Part shown: in pieces, positions 25,689-35,449 of the stretch | Numbering within the stretch: the stretch's first letter is position 1 | How the letters are laid out: the number at the start of each line of letters is the position of its first letter | From: a virus | Taxonomy: Duplodnaviria; Caudoviricetes | DNA length: 50,166 nt | Virus record (IMG/VR): IMGVR_UViG_3300024249_000009 | Span: 1 to 50,166 of that record | Strand: one strand, 5' to 3' | Program-made: the position numbers and the translations under genes | The notes under the pieces: model-generated | Seen by the model: the letters and a program-made list of their open reading frames with translations, nothing else | What the model was told of the DNA's origin: nothing | The model's database searches: none

Positions 25689-27509
25689 ATGGCTCTCTCT
25701 CTCGATGACATCATTGCAGCTCCGACAGATCCCGATCTCCTGAACCAACATCTTCAGGGATTAGGGCTCTTGAAGCGGCCGGAAGAAACGGCGCCCGTGC
25801 AGGTTGCGCCGATGTCTACGGTAACGCCGCATTCTGACGTCGCTCCGATGTCGCCAGTGAGAACAGAAGCAGGAGCAGCTGCGCCACTGACTGGTCTGAA
25901 TCGCGAGCTCGCTCTTGGTGCAACGGTTCAACCGAACAAACCTGTGGCGCACATGGCGGATCTTTCCGGGGGACCAGAGATCGGCGCTTCCGCAACACCT
26001 GAGGGTGGAGTCACCGTGAAGCCGATGACTCTTCCAACTCTCACGCACACAGAAAAGATGGCGCTTCCGCAAACCTCTCCCGGGGTCTCTGATGTGGGTA
26101 GCGCGGGATTCACGCGCAACGAGCTCGAGCGGCTCGAGGAGCAGAAAGCGCATCCGTGGGGAACTCCTGAAAATCATCCGGGCGCTCTCGGGAAGATTGG
26201 CCACGTCGCTGGCAAGATCGGAAATATCGCGCTCGATGTTTTGGCGCCTGGTATCGGCGTCAATATTCCGGGAACCGATCTGAACCGGATGGCGAATGAA
26301 TCCGAACTGAAGCGTGAGCTCGCTTCGCGCACTGCAGCGGAAGGCCAAGCGAAGAACCTCGCCTCCGAAGAAGCAGCTCGCGACGTCACTACCGCCGAGG
26401 GCCGTGAACGATTGAAGAAAATGCAGACCGAACAAAGTCTCGAGAAGGATTCCGAGGGCAATATCACCGGATGGAAAGGCCCTGACGGAAAACTTCACTC
26501 GCTTGATGAAGAGGGAACTCCGCAGGCGATCAAGGACATCGCCGCTGAAACGACAGCGAAGCAGACGAAACCGACGATCGAGAAGATGGACAACGGCGAC
26601 ATCGTTGCCATCACTCCGGGAGTCAATGGAGCTCCGGCGAAATCGCAGGTTGTCTATCACGGGGATCCTAAAGTCGAGACCGAGGTAACGCAACGCAGCG
26701 TCGGTGGTCAGGAGCACAAGATCCTGATCAACAAGAAAACGGGCGAGGACATCAAGGATCTCGGCGCATTCAAGACCGAGGTCTCTCCGACGGCAGCGTT
26801 ACAGAAGGAAAAAGCCAACGAGCGTGTTGTTCTGGCCTACGACGATCAGAACAGAGCGCACCTGATGTCGAAGGCTGACGCTGATGAAGAGCACATGCAT
26901 CACATCACTGCGGCGCAGTCCGGCGACATCGACAAGGCCAAGACTCACCACACTGTACTGAACACGCTGCAGACGCAGCTCAACAGCGTCGTGGATGCCA
27001 GTAAGGCGCTCGATCAGGGATATGCACAACGTGCGATTATCGCGAAGGCGCTCTCCCATTCTTCGACCACAACCTTCGATGAACTGGTTCGCGCCGCTGC
27101 ACTCTCTGGAGCAACGGAGCCAACGAAGAAGTATGTTCAGGCAGTGATTGCACTCCGCGAAGCAAGTCTTGGACTTCCAAAGGAGATCACTGGTGGATCG
27201 CGTGTTTCCGAAGTGCAGGCTTCGGCCTTGTGGGCTACGGCTCCTTCCGCCAGCTCACTGAACAGTCAGTACGCAATTGACCAATCGAAGAAATTCCAGA
27301 AAGACATTGATCGCCTGCGGGAGCGCGCTCCTGAAGTTCGTGGCCTGACAGTTGTCGATCCCAATGACGCGATCAAAACCAAGGAAGCCGAGAAGCAGCA
27401 CGCGATTGGTGGAGGCGAGGAAGGAAAATATACCGTCGGCCAAGTCGTTAAGGGTTACAAATTCAAGGGCGGCGACTGGAAGAAGAAAGAAAACTGGGAA
27501 AAGCAATAA
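25689..27509 (+). CDS. Ejection protein 2
   Basis: Position; C-terminal GYKFKGGD....NWEK motif typical of DNA transfer proteins. Confidence 0.65.
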   Translation: MALSLDDIIAAPTDPDLLNQHLQGLGLLKRPEETAPVQVAPMSTVTPHSDVAPMSPVRTEAGAAAPLTGLNRELALGATVQPNKPVAHMADLSGGPEIGASATPEGGVTVKPMTLPTLTHTEKMALPQTSPGVSDVGSAGFTRNELERLEEQKAHPWGTPENHPGALGKIGHVAGKIGNIALDVLAPGIGVNIPGTDLNRMANESELKRELASRTAAEGQAKNLASEEAARDVTTAEGRERLKKMQTEQSLEKDSEGNITGWKGPDGKLHSLDEEGTPQAIKDIAAETTAKQTKPTIEKMDNGDIVAITPGVNGAPAKSQVVYHGDPKVETEVTQRSVGGQEHKILINKKTGEDIKDLGAFKTEVSPTAALQKEKANERVVLAYDDQNRAHLMSKADADEEHMHHITAAQSGDIDKAKTHHTVLNTLQTQLNSVVDASKALDQGYAQRAIIAKALSHSSTTTFDELVRAAALSGATEPTKKYVQAVIALREASLGLPKEITGGSRVSEVQASALWATAPSASSLNSQYAIDQSKKFQKDIDRLRERAPEVRGLTVVDPNDAIKTKEAEKQHAIGGGEEGKYTVGQVVKGYKFKGGDWKKKENWEKQ

Positions 27510-30500
27510 ATGGCTACTGAAGAAAAAGGGCCGTGGGAAGACGAGGAAGATGGGCCGTGGAATGAGAAAGTAAAAACGGCCTCCGCTGCAGCTACGGCTG
27601 AACCTCCGTCCGATGAAGAGATCGAAGCGGCGTACGGCAAAGACGTCTCTCCGAAGATCCGCGCAGCCGTAAAAAGCGGCGTCGCGCCGATGAAGCCGCC
27701 GACGAAGTTCGAGCAGGATCGTCCACAGATCAAAGAAAATTACGGATTCACTCCCGGCAACGTAGCCAAAAATGCAGTGGAAGGCGCAGCTGGCCTCGTT
27801 AAATCTGGTGCCGAGGGTCTGTACGACATCGGTTTCGGACAGGGCAAGGACGAAGAGGGAAATATCAAGCACGGCGTCGGTGGACTTGTCGGGATCAACG
27901 ACAAAGGCGAGTTCGCTCCCATGGAGCGCCTCAACGCACTCACGCAGAAATATGTAACGGATCCCGCAGTCGCCGAATGGAATAAAGGAACTGAAGAAGG
28001 CGGCCTTGCTGGCATCGGTCACAAAGCACTGTCGACGATTCCTCTGGTCGGCCCGTGGGCCGGAAGTATCGGCGAACAGGCTGGGACCGGAGATATCGGT
28101 GGTGCCACTGGTCAGGTCGCTGGCCAAGTCGCTCTTGGTGAGCTCGCTCATCACGCCCCGGCGCTTGCCGACAAAGTTGTGCGTGGAACTCCGCTCACGG
28201 AAGCTGGAAAGCTCGCGGCTGCGAAGGAACAGGCACTAACCGTCAAGAAACCGTCGATGACGGAGACGGAATACTCCGCGAAGGTTCAGGCGGCCATGCC
28301 GGATCTCCAGAAAGTCGCGCAGGACAATGCCGGGAAGATTAAAACGCCGCGCGATGCCGTCGGTGCGATCAATCGTCGCGTTCAGGAGATGGAAGCGCCA
28401 ATCGGTGAGCACCTGAAGGGTCTGAACAGGCCAGAAGACATGGTGCACGTCGATCAGTACCACGATCAGATCGACAAAGCCATCGATGCGGAGATGGCGA
28501 AGCATCCCGGGCAGCTGACGGCCGCAGAAATTGAGAAGGCCAAGACCCAGATCGACAAATTTGTCGGCGATCAGCCGAAAACTCTCGAAGAAGTCGAAGG
28601 AAACCGCAAGCGATTGAATCAGGACGCGGAGGATTACTACAAATCGCGTCCGGCCGACAAGCGGGTGATGGATTCCTCTGACGCAACAGCGATTGCACAG
28701 CGTGCGGCGGCGAATGCGATCCGTTCGATCCTCTACGGGGACGACGCGAACCCCGGATTACTCGAAAAAGCTGGTGTGACGGCCGTCGACCAGGCGGGGA
28801 ATCAAGTTCCGCTCCGCGAATTCCGCCAGAAAGTCGGAAACCTTCTCGAAGTGCGCGATCATTTCGAGGATGCGATTGTCCGCGCGGAACAAACCGGAAA
28901 CTGGAAGGCGTTCGATAAACTGCACAGCGGTTCTTCGTTGGCCGCTGGTGGTTTGGGTGCCATCGGTGGACTTGTGGCTGGTGGTCCGATTGGCGCGCTG
29001 TTCGGAACGCTCGCTGGCGAGGGTGTGAAGGCGTGGGGCGACTACCTGCGCTCAAAAAATCCGAATCTGAACGTCCAAAAAATGTTCCGGAATCTCGAGG
29101 CTACCGGAAAACCGAATACGATCGAGCCAGTCACGAAGGATATCCAGCATCAGTACCAGAACGCCATCGGACCACAGACTTCGGACTTCGCTGAACCAAT
29201 TGGGCCAGCGCGGCCGCCGGGGAATTTTCAGATGGAAGAGCTCCGGCCGAATCAGGATGCCCTCTGGCAGCAGCAAGTAGGCCAGCCGCAACCGCTCGAG
29301 ACCGGGGCCCCTTCGCCGGGACGGCACGTAGAGCCCATAGGACCGCAGCCACAGGCCGAAGCGCCTCTCGGACCCATCCAAGGCCAGCAGATCCCTTTGC
29401 ACCTCCCCAGCGGCCCGGAGGAGGCCCCACTGTTCGGTATAGAGCATCCTGCCCCCCGGGCACGAACTTCCGGAGCTCCGGAGGCCCCTGCGGAACCTCC
29501 GGCAGCCGTCGGAGGGCCCGGGCGAGAGGGTACGCTCGGCCGGATCGACTTGACGCCACAAAAGACGTCCATCGAGGACCTGAAAGTCGGCGACACCTTC
29601 GTCGACGACAAGGGAGATCCGCGCCGGATCACGGATATCACCGAAGACGGTACGGTCAAGACGGCCGACCACACGATGCGCGATTACAAAGCTGACGAGA
29701 TCGAGCACCTCGGCGAGATCAACTCTCCACGGGCGCAGCTGGCGCGCGGTGGCATGCTCCATGTCGGAGATGAAGAAGGCCGTGAAATGATGTTCGCTGG
29801 TAATAATCCAGAACATGCGGCTGAATTCCACGAGGCAGTTAAAAACACACCGGGAGCAAGATTGAACAAGGATGGCTCCGTTACACTGACAATCTCACGC
29901 CGACAACTGCCAGAACAGGCTGGTGAGCGTTCCATCCGCTCGGGTGTCTTCTTTTCGCCAGAAGAGAAATCTCCGTTCGCAAAAAGCTATACAGGAAAAA
30001 GTGGATATGGCGGCCCGATGAAGATCGTCGAGCAGGATGTCACTTTCAAAAATCCGATTCTCTCGAAAGGAGCCACTGGCGGGAAGGTTCCAGAACGTGT
30101 CTACGATGAACTGAAGGGCAAGAATTCCTACCAAGAAATGCGGAAGGATGTTCTCGATCACACGGGTACATTGCAATGGAACAAACCGAGTTCCGCTGAA
30201 TTGGCTCAACGCGTTGGTGATGTCCTTGAAAAATACGGAGCTGACCGCGACTATGCCGAAGACATCATTCGCAACAGTAAGAAGGGTAGCACGTTGCCCT
30301 ATGCCATTCAGGAACACATCGTTGCACAGGCCGTACGCGATGCTGGCTACGACGCAGTGCTGGGATACTCGAAGACTGGTGGACAGCCGCGTCTATCTGA
30401 ACTCTTCGATGTAAACCGGAAGGAATACCCTTGGCGATCACGCATGACCGAAATCGGCGAAAAGTCAGATCGTTACGATCTTGGAGAAATTGGCGGCACG

Positions 30501-32294
30501 GAAACTCCGCGCGGCGAAGAAGTAGCGCCGATGGAGCGCCCGACAGAAGGGAATAAAATCGGAGAGCCGGAGAGGAAAGAATTCCTCGACGCGATTAAAA
30601 AACTTGGTGGAGATACTGAGCTCGCAGACGAGCAGTGGCATGAGATGAGCGAAGAAGAACGCGCTCACGCGCTCGACAGGTACCGGGGCCAGCTCGAAGG
30701 GAAGGGACCGAGGACTGAGCCCGTCCAGTCTGTCGAAAAGGCCATCGATGCGCTAAAGGAACGCGTCAAGGATCGATCACACAAAGGTCAGGAGCGCGAT
30801 TATCAGGTGGCTCCGTCTGGCGAAGTAAATCCGCGCCAGCTCTACCAGACGACGTTCCTTCTCGATGACGGATCCGCGCTGCAAGGCGATATGGGAATCA
30901 AATCGCACATGCAGCTCGCGCGTGAGGTTGGCCAGCATCACCTGAACGATGCGAATGCGATCCGCATCGTCACGCCGGATTCGTACGAGCTCCACGGCAT
31001 GCCGTCAGAAGCGCAGCTCGCGGAAATGAACCGCTACTTCCGTGAACTGCCGCGCGAGGGTCGGCAGAACGTCCACGACGCCGGCTACGTGTACTGGGAT
31101 TTCTATCCGAAAGAAGTGACCGGATACTCGGCTGACGCGGTGCACGCGGATCACGCGACAGGAGCTGGATCGTTCTCCGATTTCCGCAGGGCTATCGACG
31201 AATATTATTCTCCGACGACAACCGTCAAGGTCTCTCCTGACGGATCCTCGGTCAAGCTGATGGAGAATCCTCTCGATGTGAAAGGCAGCGGAGAGAAGGG
31301 GCGTGTCACCACCTCAGATCTCCTGAAGGCCTTCAATAAGTACACGAAGCAGGCCGTCGGAAAACTGTCGATGGAAAAAGCGGAGCCAGCAGAAATGGTA
31401 GAACGCGCAAAATCTTTTGCCGAGGATGAAGCGAGATATCAGCTCGCACGGGACAACAGTGGCGCCGCCTGGTACACGAAGCAGATGGACGAGCACGATG
31501 CCGTAGCGCAACAGATGCGTCCAGATCTGCGGGATCCCGCGAAGCTTAGTATGTTCAAAATGGCCGAAGCAATTCTTTCTGCTGGGCAGAAGCCGTACGG
31601 AAATTTCAAATCTGCGATGAAGGCGTGGGATGTTTACGCTAAGACCGGAAAATTCTCCGAGCGGAATCCTGCTACAGGGAATTCGTGGGGCCCGAGAGCC
31701 GCTATAGCTTACGGAAATGCGTTCGGCATGCTCAACAAGCTGATCGAGGAGCATGGCGAGCAGGGCGCATCCGACTGGCTGTTGTCCGACCATCCGGTCA
31801 GTGAGTTGCGGAAATACAACGAAAGTGTTTCGGGGAAAATGGATTCGCAGCGCCCCGGCGTTCTGATCCTCGGCGAGAAGCGTGGACCCTTCGCGCAAAA
31901 TCTCCATAAAATCGAGAGCGCGTTCACTGCGGATATGTGGGTGGCGCGGACGTGGAACCGCTGGATGGGAACTGCGGAGATCGATCCGGAGACGGGCGAT
32001 CCTGCAAGCGATGCCCCGCGCAATGACTCCGAACGCGCACTGATGCGCGAGGCGTTCGACGCGACAGCTGAAAAACTGGGATTGTCAACGAGTGCCCTGC
32101 AGGCCGTGATGTGGTATTACGAGCAGGCGCTCCATGGCGCGCATGGCGTGCCGAAGGAAAGCTGGAGCTTCTCAGACGCGGCGAAAAGGGCTTCGGACGA
32201 AGAGGCGGAAATTGAGACGAAGACACTGAGCGGGAAGGCGATAAAGCGCAAGCCTGCTGCTACTTTGTCGCCTGTCCGTCGGAAATCTTCTTGA
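27510..32294 (+). CDS. Large polyvalent ejection protein with ART-like and HhH DNA-glycosylase-like domains
   Basis: GPWE N-terminus; Gly-rich hydrophobic segment; GVFF...A.SY...KNP...AGYDAV; GEK.GPF.QNL...TADMWVAR...LQAVMW. Confidence 0.75.
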   Translation: MATEEKGPWEDEEDGPWNEKVKTASAAATAEPPSDEEIEAAYGKDVSPKIRAAVKSGVAPMKPPTKFEQDRPQIKENYGFTPGNVAKNAVEGAAGLVKSGAEGLYDIGFGQGKDEEGNIKHGVGGLVGINDKGEFAPMERLNALTQKYVTDPAVAEWNKGTEEGGLAGIGHKALSTIPLVGPWAGSIGEQAGTGDIGGATGQVAGQVALGELAHHAPALADKVVRGTPLTEAGKLAAAKEQALTVKKPSMTETEYSAKVQAAMPDLQKVAQDNAGKIKTPRDAVGAINRRVQEMEAPIGEHLKGLNRPEDMVHVDQYHDQIDKAIDAEMAKHPGQLTAAEIEKAKTQIDKFVGDQPKTLEEVEGNRKRLNQDAEDYYKSRPADKRVMDSSDATAIAQRAAANAIRSILYGDDANPGLLEKAGVTAVDQAGNQVPLREFRQKVGNLLEVRDHFEDAIVRAEQTGNWKAFDKLHSGSSLAAGGLGAIGGLVAGGPIGALFGTLAGEGVKAWGDYLRSKNPNLNVQKMFRNLEATGKPNTIEPVTKDIQHQYQNAIGPQTSDFAEPIGPARPPGNFQMEELRPNQDALWQQQVGQPQPLETGAPSPGRHVEPIGPQPQAEAPLGPIQGQQIPLHLPSGPEEAPLFGIEHPAPRARTSGAPEAPAEPPAAVGGPGREGTLGRIDLTPQKTSIEDLKVGDTFVDDKGDPRRITDITEDGTVKTADHTMRDYKADEIEHLGEINSPRAQLARGGMLHVGDEEGREMMFAGNNPEHAAEFHEAVKNTPGARLNKDGSVTLTISRRQLPEQAGERSIRSGVFFSPEEKSPFAKSYTGKSGYGGPMKIVEQDVTFKNPILSKGATGGKVPERVYDELKGKNSYQEMRKDVLDHTGTLQWNKPSSAELAQRVGDVLEKYGADRDYAEDIIRNSKKGSTLPYAIQEHIVAQAVRDAGYDAVLGYSKTGGQPRLSELFDVNRKEYPWRSRMTEIGEKSDRYDLGEIGGTETPRGEEVAPMERPTEGNKIGEPERKEFLDAIKKLGGDTELADEQWHEMSEEERAHALDRYRGQLEGKGPRTEPVQSVEKAIDALKERVKDRSHKGQERDYQVAPSGEVNPRQLYQTTFLLDDGSALQGDMGIKSHMQLAREVGQHHLNDANAIRIVTPDSYELHGMPSEAQLAEMNRYFRELPREGRQNVHDAGYVYWDFYPKEVTGYSADAVHADHATGAGSFSDFRRAIDEYYSPTTTVKVSPDGSSVKLMENPLDVKGSGEKGRVTTSDLLKAFNKYTKQAVGKLSMEKAEPAEMVERAKSFAEDEARYQLARDNSGAAWYTKQMDEHDAVAQQMRPDLRDPAKLSMFKMAEAILSAGQKPYGNFKSAMKAWDVYAKTGKFSERNPATGNSWGPRAAIAYGNAFGMLNKLIEEHGEQGASDWLLSDHPVSELRKYNESVSGKMDSQRPGVLILGEKRGPFAQNLHKIESAFTADMWVARTWNRWMGTAEIDPETGDPASDAPRNDSERALMREAFDATAEKLGLSTSALQAVMWYYEQALHGAHGVPKESWSFSDAAKRASDEEAEIETKTLSGKAIKRKPAATLSPVRRKSS

Positions 32295-32430
32295 GCTTCG
32301 GGACGTAATCCTTGCGAGCCGCGCCCATGGCCTCGCTGAATTTCTCAGGGCTGGGCATCTGGCCGGACTTGATGAGTTGCTGGGCAATATTGCGGAGTTC
32401 CGAAGGCGTCAACTGTTTCTCGTTGTCCAT
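32260..32430 (-). CDS. Small antisense protein (56 aa)
   Basis: GGAGG RBS 5 nt before ATG; helical MDNEKQLTPSELRNIAQQLIKSGQMPS; overlaps the 3' end of the polyvalent gene. Confidence 0.7.
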   Translation of the reverse strand: MDNEKQLTPSELRNIAQQLIKSGQMPSPEKFSEAMGAARKDYVPKLKKISDGQATK

Positions 32431-32511
32431 GGATTCCTCCAGTTCGTAGTGTACCCCCAGACCGCGATCCCTCCTATAGTCCACCCGTTATCCTTGTTCT
32501 GGTACTTTGGT

Positions 32512-32949
32512 TTAGTGCCCCCGTACTGCCTTAGAGCACTGTTTCCTGATCCAACTCGCCAAAGAAATATGTTCTGCTTTCGCAGCCGCTACAAGGCGAG
32601 ATTTTAAATCCGCATCAAGCTTCAGAAGATAGCGACCTTGGTACGGACCACGCAAAAATTCAGCCATCGTACGATTGTTCTTTCTGGTATTGCACTCCTT
32701 GCAGCAAGGAACTGCATTCCGTGCTGTGTACCCATGGCGGTTATTTTTCCGGTCGATTCCGGACCATTTAAACTCACGTCCTCTTCTTCTGAAGACTAAA
32801 CTTGGAGCGCGTCCACAGTACCGACAATTCCGGTGAATTATCGCAACGAACTCTTTTTCTGTCAGTGTCCAGTTTTTCTTCTTATATTTAGCGTCGTTAC
32901 GTACTCTCCTGAAGAGGTGATGCTCAAGCGGTTTCAGTCGTGGACTCAT
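32512..32949 (-). CDS. HNH endonuclease fused to a ribbon-helix-helix domain
   Basis: CRYCG...GIDRKNN.HGY...NAVPCCKECN..K, then RYLLKLDADLKSRL..AAKAE.ISLASWIRKQC. Confidence 0.85.
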   Translation of the reverse strand: MSPRLKPLEHHLFRRVRNDAKYKKKNWTLTEKEFVAIIHRNCRYCGRAPSLVFRRRGREFKWSGIDRKNNRHGYTARNAVPCCKECNTRKNNRTMAEFLRGPYQGRYLLKLDADLKSRLVAAAKAEHISLASWIRKQCSKAVRGH

Positions 32950-32969
32950 GTGTACCTACAGTATATACT
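32941..32969. promoter_or_regulatory. Divergent promoter centred on the palindrome AGTATATACT
   Basis: Plus strand TGGACT-17-TATACT; the 10-bp palindrome at 32960-32969 gives TATACT on both strands. Confidence 0.6.
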
Positions 32970-32983
32970 CCGTCTTGTCCCTA

Positions 32984-33181
32984 ATGGCCATTCCCGTCGA
33001 GATCACGGTAGAGAAGGCGCTTGACCAGATAGCAGCAAGGAAATGCGTCCCCATCGGGATCCTCTCGTACGACATGGAGAAAGAGACGCTGGTGATCGAG
33101 CTCGTGGGCCAGATCCATCCGGACGAAGTGAACGCCCTCCTCATAAAGCTCGGAATCGAAGCGAACTTCACAGAAAAATGA
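32984..33181 (+). CDS. Small hypothetical protein
   Basis: MAIPVEITVEKAL...; ATGA overlap with the next gene. Confidence 0.65.
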   Translation: MAIPVEITVEKALDQIAARKCVPIGILSYDMEKETLVIELVGQIHPDEVNALLIKLGIEANFTEK

Positions 33182-33603
33182 ACCTGACTTATCATCCGAT
33201 CATTCACGGTCAGGGAAGACGTGGAAAACACACTCGAGCATATCGCTCCTACAACGACGCCAAAAAGCGATGCACCAATAAAAAAGCCACTGGCTACAAG
33301 AATTATGGTGGTCGAGGCATCAAATTTCTCTTTACGTCCTTTCAGCAGTTCTTCGCAGAATTGGGGCCGCGCCCGAAAGGCAAGACCCTTGATCGAAGAA
33401 ATAACGATGGCCACTACGAACCAGGCAATGTCCGATGGGCAACACGACGAGAGCAGAATCTAAATCAGCGTTACCGTCCGGACAGACGCGAAAGAATGCT
33501 GGGCAACAAACTCTTCTTGGGACGGCAGCACACTAAAGCAACAAAACTTAAAATGTCGAAGGCTGCAGTCAGGAGATGGAATGCGGATCGCACTCGTCAC
33601 TAA
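33178..33603 (+). CDS. HNH homing endonuclease with NUMOD3 tail
   Basis: YGGRGIKF...LGPRPKGKTLDR.NNDGHYEPGNVRWAT...GRQHTKATKLKMS. Confidence 0.9.
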   Translation: MNLTYHPIIHGQGRRGKHTRAYRSYNDAKKRCTNKKATGYKNYGGRGIKFLFTSFQQFFAELGPRPKGKTLDRRNNDGHYEPGNVRWATRREQNLNQRYRPDRRERMLGNKLFLGRQHTKATKLKMSKAAVRRWNADRTRH

Positions 33604-35449
33604 CTGGAACGGTATAGGATTGACCCGCGATGGAGAACTCCTTCGGAATTTCCTTCAATCCAAAGGGAACGAAGTTTTTGAATATCAGTGGGACGGTGAA
33701 GCGCCGACTGAGAAATTCGATCTGGTTATTTTCCTTGAAGTGATCCCGCGAAACTTTCTCGAGCTCGCTCCTGTTAAGTGGGCTTTTTTGAACCCGGAGT
33801 GGTGCAAGCCGGATGTGATCAAGATGGCCGAGCGGCACATCGACAGGATCTTCGCAAAGACGCACGAAGGCCAGAGGATCCTCGAGGGGACATTTCCGGG
33901 CAAAGTTTTCTATACGGGCTTCCTGACGCGCGATCAATTCACGCCGGCGATAAAACGCCAGAAATGGTTCCTGCACATCGGGGGAAATTCTTCGATGCGC
34001 GGGACACAGGCTGTGGTCGACGCATGGAAATGGAAAAAGGACGGCTTTGAGCTTCAGTGCAAGCTCTTCGTCGTCTCTTCGGTCTTGCAGGATAAGCCGA
34101 ATCTTCTAAACGTCACCTACATCGAACGCGCGACGGAAGAAGAGCTCTACAGTCTGCAGAACCAGTGCATGTTCCATATCTATCCGAGCGGCACCGAGGG
34201 CTTCGGTCATGCGCTCCACGAATCGCTGAGTGTCGGCGCTGTCCTACTCGCTACGGATGCGCCGCCGATGAATGAAATTAGCAACGCGTACCGGATGAAG
34301 GCGAAGAAGGTCGGCAAGTACAATCTTTCGGATGTCTATGAAGTGGACGCTATCGAGATCTTTGAATCGGTGCAAGCGGTCCTGACCGTCTATGATGGAC
34401 CGCCCCAGTCGTGGCATTTCCCGCGAAAAGAATTTGAATCGCTGAACGCGGAATTCGCGACGCGATTCGAGAAGGAACTGCTTGCCATGGAGCCGGGAAA
34501 GAAAGCTCCAGTGGTCCGCACCGCGAAAACGAAACCGAGCATCGCGTTTATCGGAAATTTCAAGGCCAGCGAGAGCACAGAGAACATGATCCGCTGGGCG
34601 CTCGAGGAACGTCTCGGCTACGACGTCGAGCAGTTGCAGGAAAACGAAGTGAATCTGGCAGCGATCCGGAGCGCGTGTCTTTGGAACGACGCTCTCTTGT
34701 GGGTGAAGACTCCAAACTGGCTGCAGGTGACGAACCGTGAGATGGAGGAACTGCTCGAGGAGATCAAAATTCCGTCGTTCTCGATTCACCTCGACAAGTT
34801 CTGGGATATCACGGAGAGAGAGCCGCAGATCGGCGTGCATCCTTTCTGGAAGACCGATTTCGTTTTTACGGCCGACGGATCCGCGCAGGACAGATTCAGG
34901 GAACGCGGAGTGAATCACATCTGGATGAAGCCAGCGGTGAGTGAAGTCTACTGCCACCCAGGCTGGACGTGGGATATGTACCGCTGCGACGTCGGCTTCG
35001 TTGGAGCAAAGGACTACCACGCGCAATATCCCTTCAGGAAGCAGCTCGTCGAGTTCCTCGAGAAGACCTACAAGGAACGCTTCCAGCACATCACAGGCCT
35101 GCGCGGCCACGGCCTGAATGATTTCTATGCGAGTTGTTCTGTGGCCATTGGAGATTCCATCTTTGCGGGCACGCCATATTATTATTCGGATCGTGCCCCG
35201 GAAACGACAGGGAGACAAGGATTTTTGTTACACCCTAAAGTTGACGGACTTTGCATTCCTTGTGCTACCTATCAACCACAAGATCTCGATGATCTCAGAA
35301 ATCAAATCGACTTTTGGATCGCCAATCCACAGCAGCGCCGTGAGAAAATTATTGAATGTTTCGACCATGTGATCTCTCACGATACTTGGACGGTGAGGCT
35401 TAGGGAAATTTTAAGGATAGTTTTCGATGGGCATAAAGCACACTTTTAA
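33581..35449 (+). CDS. Two-domain GT-B glycosyltransferase (GT4-like plus CgeB-like)
   Basis: PS.TEGFGH...ES...GA.L.ATDAPPMNE; second domain CDVGFVG...LN.FYAS...YYSDR..E.TG..HTW..R. Confidence 0.85.
   Translation: MRIALVTNWNGIGLTRDGELLRNFLQSKGNEVFEYQWDGEAPTEKFDLVIFLEVIPRNFLELAPVKWAFLNPEWCKPDVIKMAERHIDRIFAKTHEGQRILEGTFPGKVFYTGFLTRDQFTPAIKRQKWFLHIGGNSSMRGTQAVVDAWKWKKDGFELQCKLFVVSSVLQDKPNLLNVTYIERATEEELYSLQNQCMFHIYPSGTEGFGHALHESLSVGAVLLATDAPPMNEISNAYRMKAKKVGKYNLSDVYEVDAIEIFESVQAVLTVYDGPPQSWHFPRKEFESLNAEFATRFEKELLAMEPGKKAPVVRTAKTKPSIAFIGNFKASESTENMIRWALEERLGYDVEQLQENEVNLAAIRSACLWNDALLWVKTPNWLQVTNREMEELLEEIKIPSFSIHLDKFWDITEREPQIGVHPFWKTDFVFTADGSAQDRFRERGVNHIWMKPAVSEVYCHPGWTWDMYRCDVGFVGAKDYHAQYPFRKQLVEFLEKTYKERFQHITGLRGHGLNDFYASCSVAIGDSIFAGTPYYYSDRAPETTGRQGFLLHPKVDGLCIPCATYQPQDLDDLRNQIDFWIANPQQRREKIIECFDHVISHDTWTVRLREILRIVFDGHKAHF

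Noticed and set aside
25689-32294. Long helical genes as a tape measure protein
   Set aside because: No periodic TMP repeats, tail tube or chaperone frameshift genes; motifs fit podovirus ejection proteins
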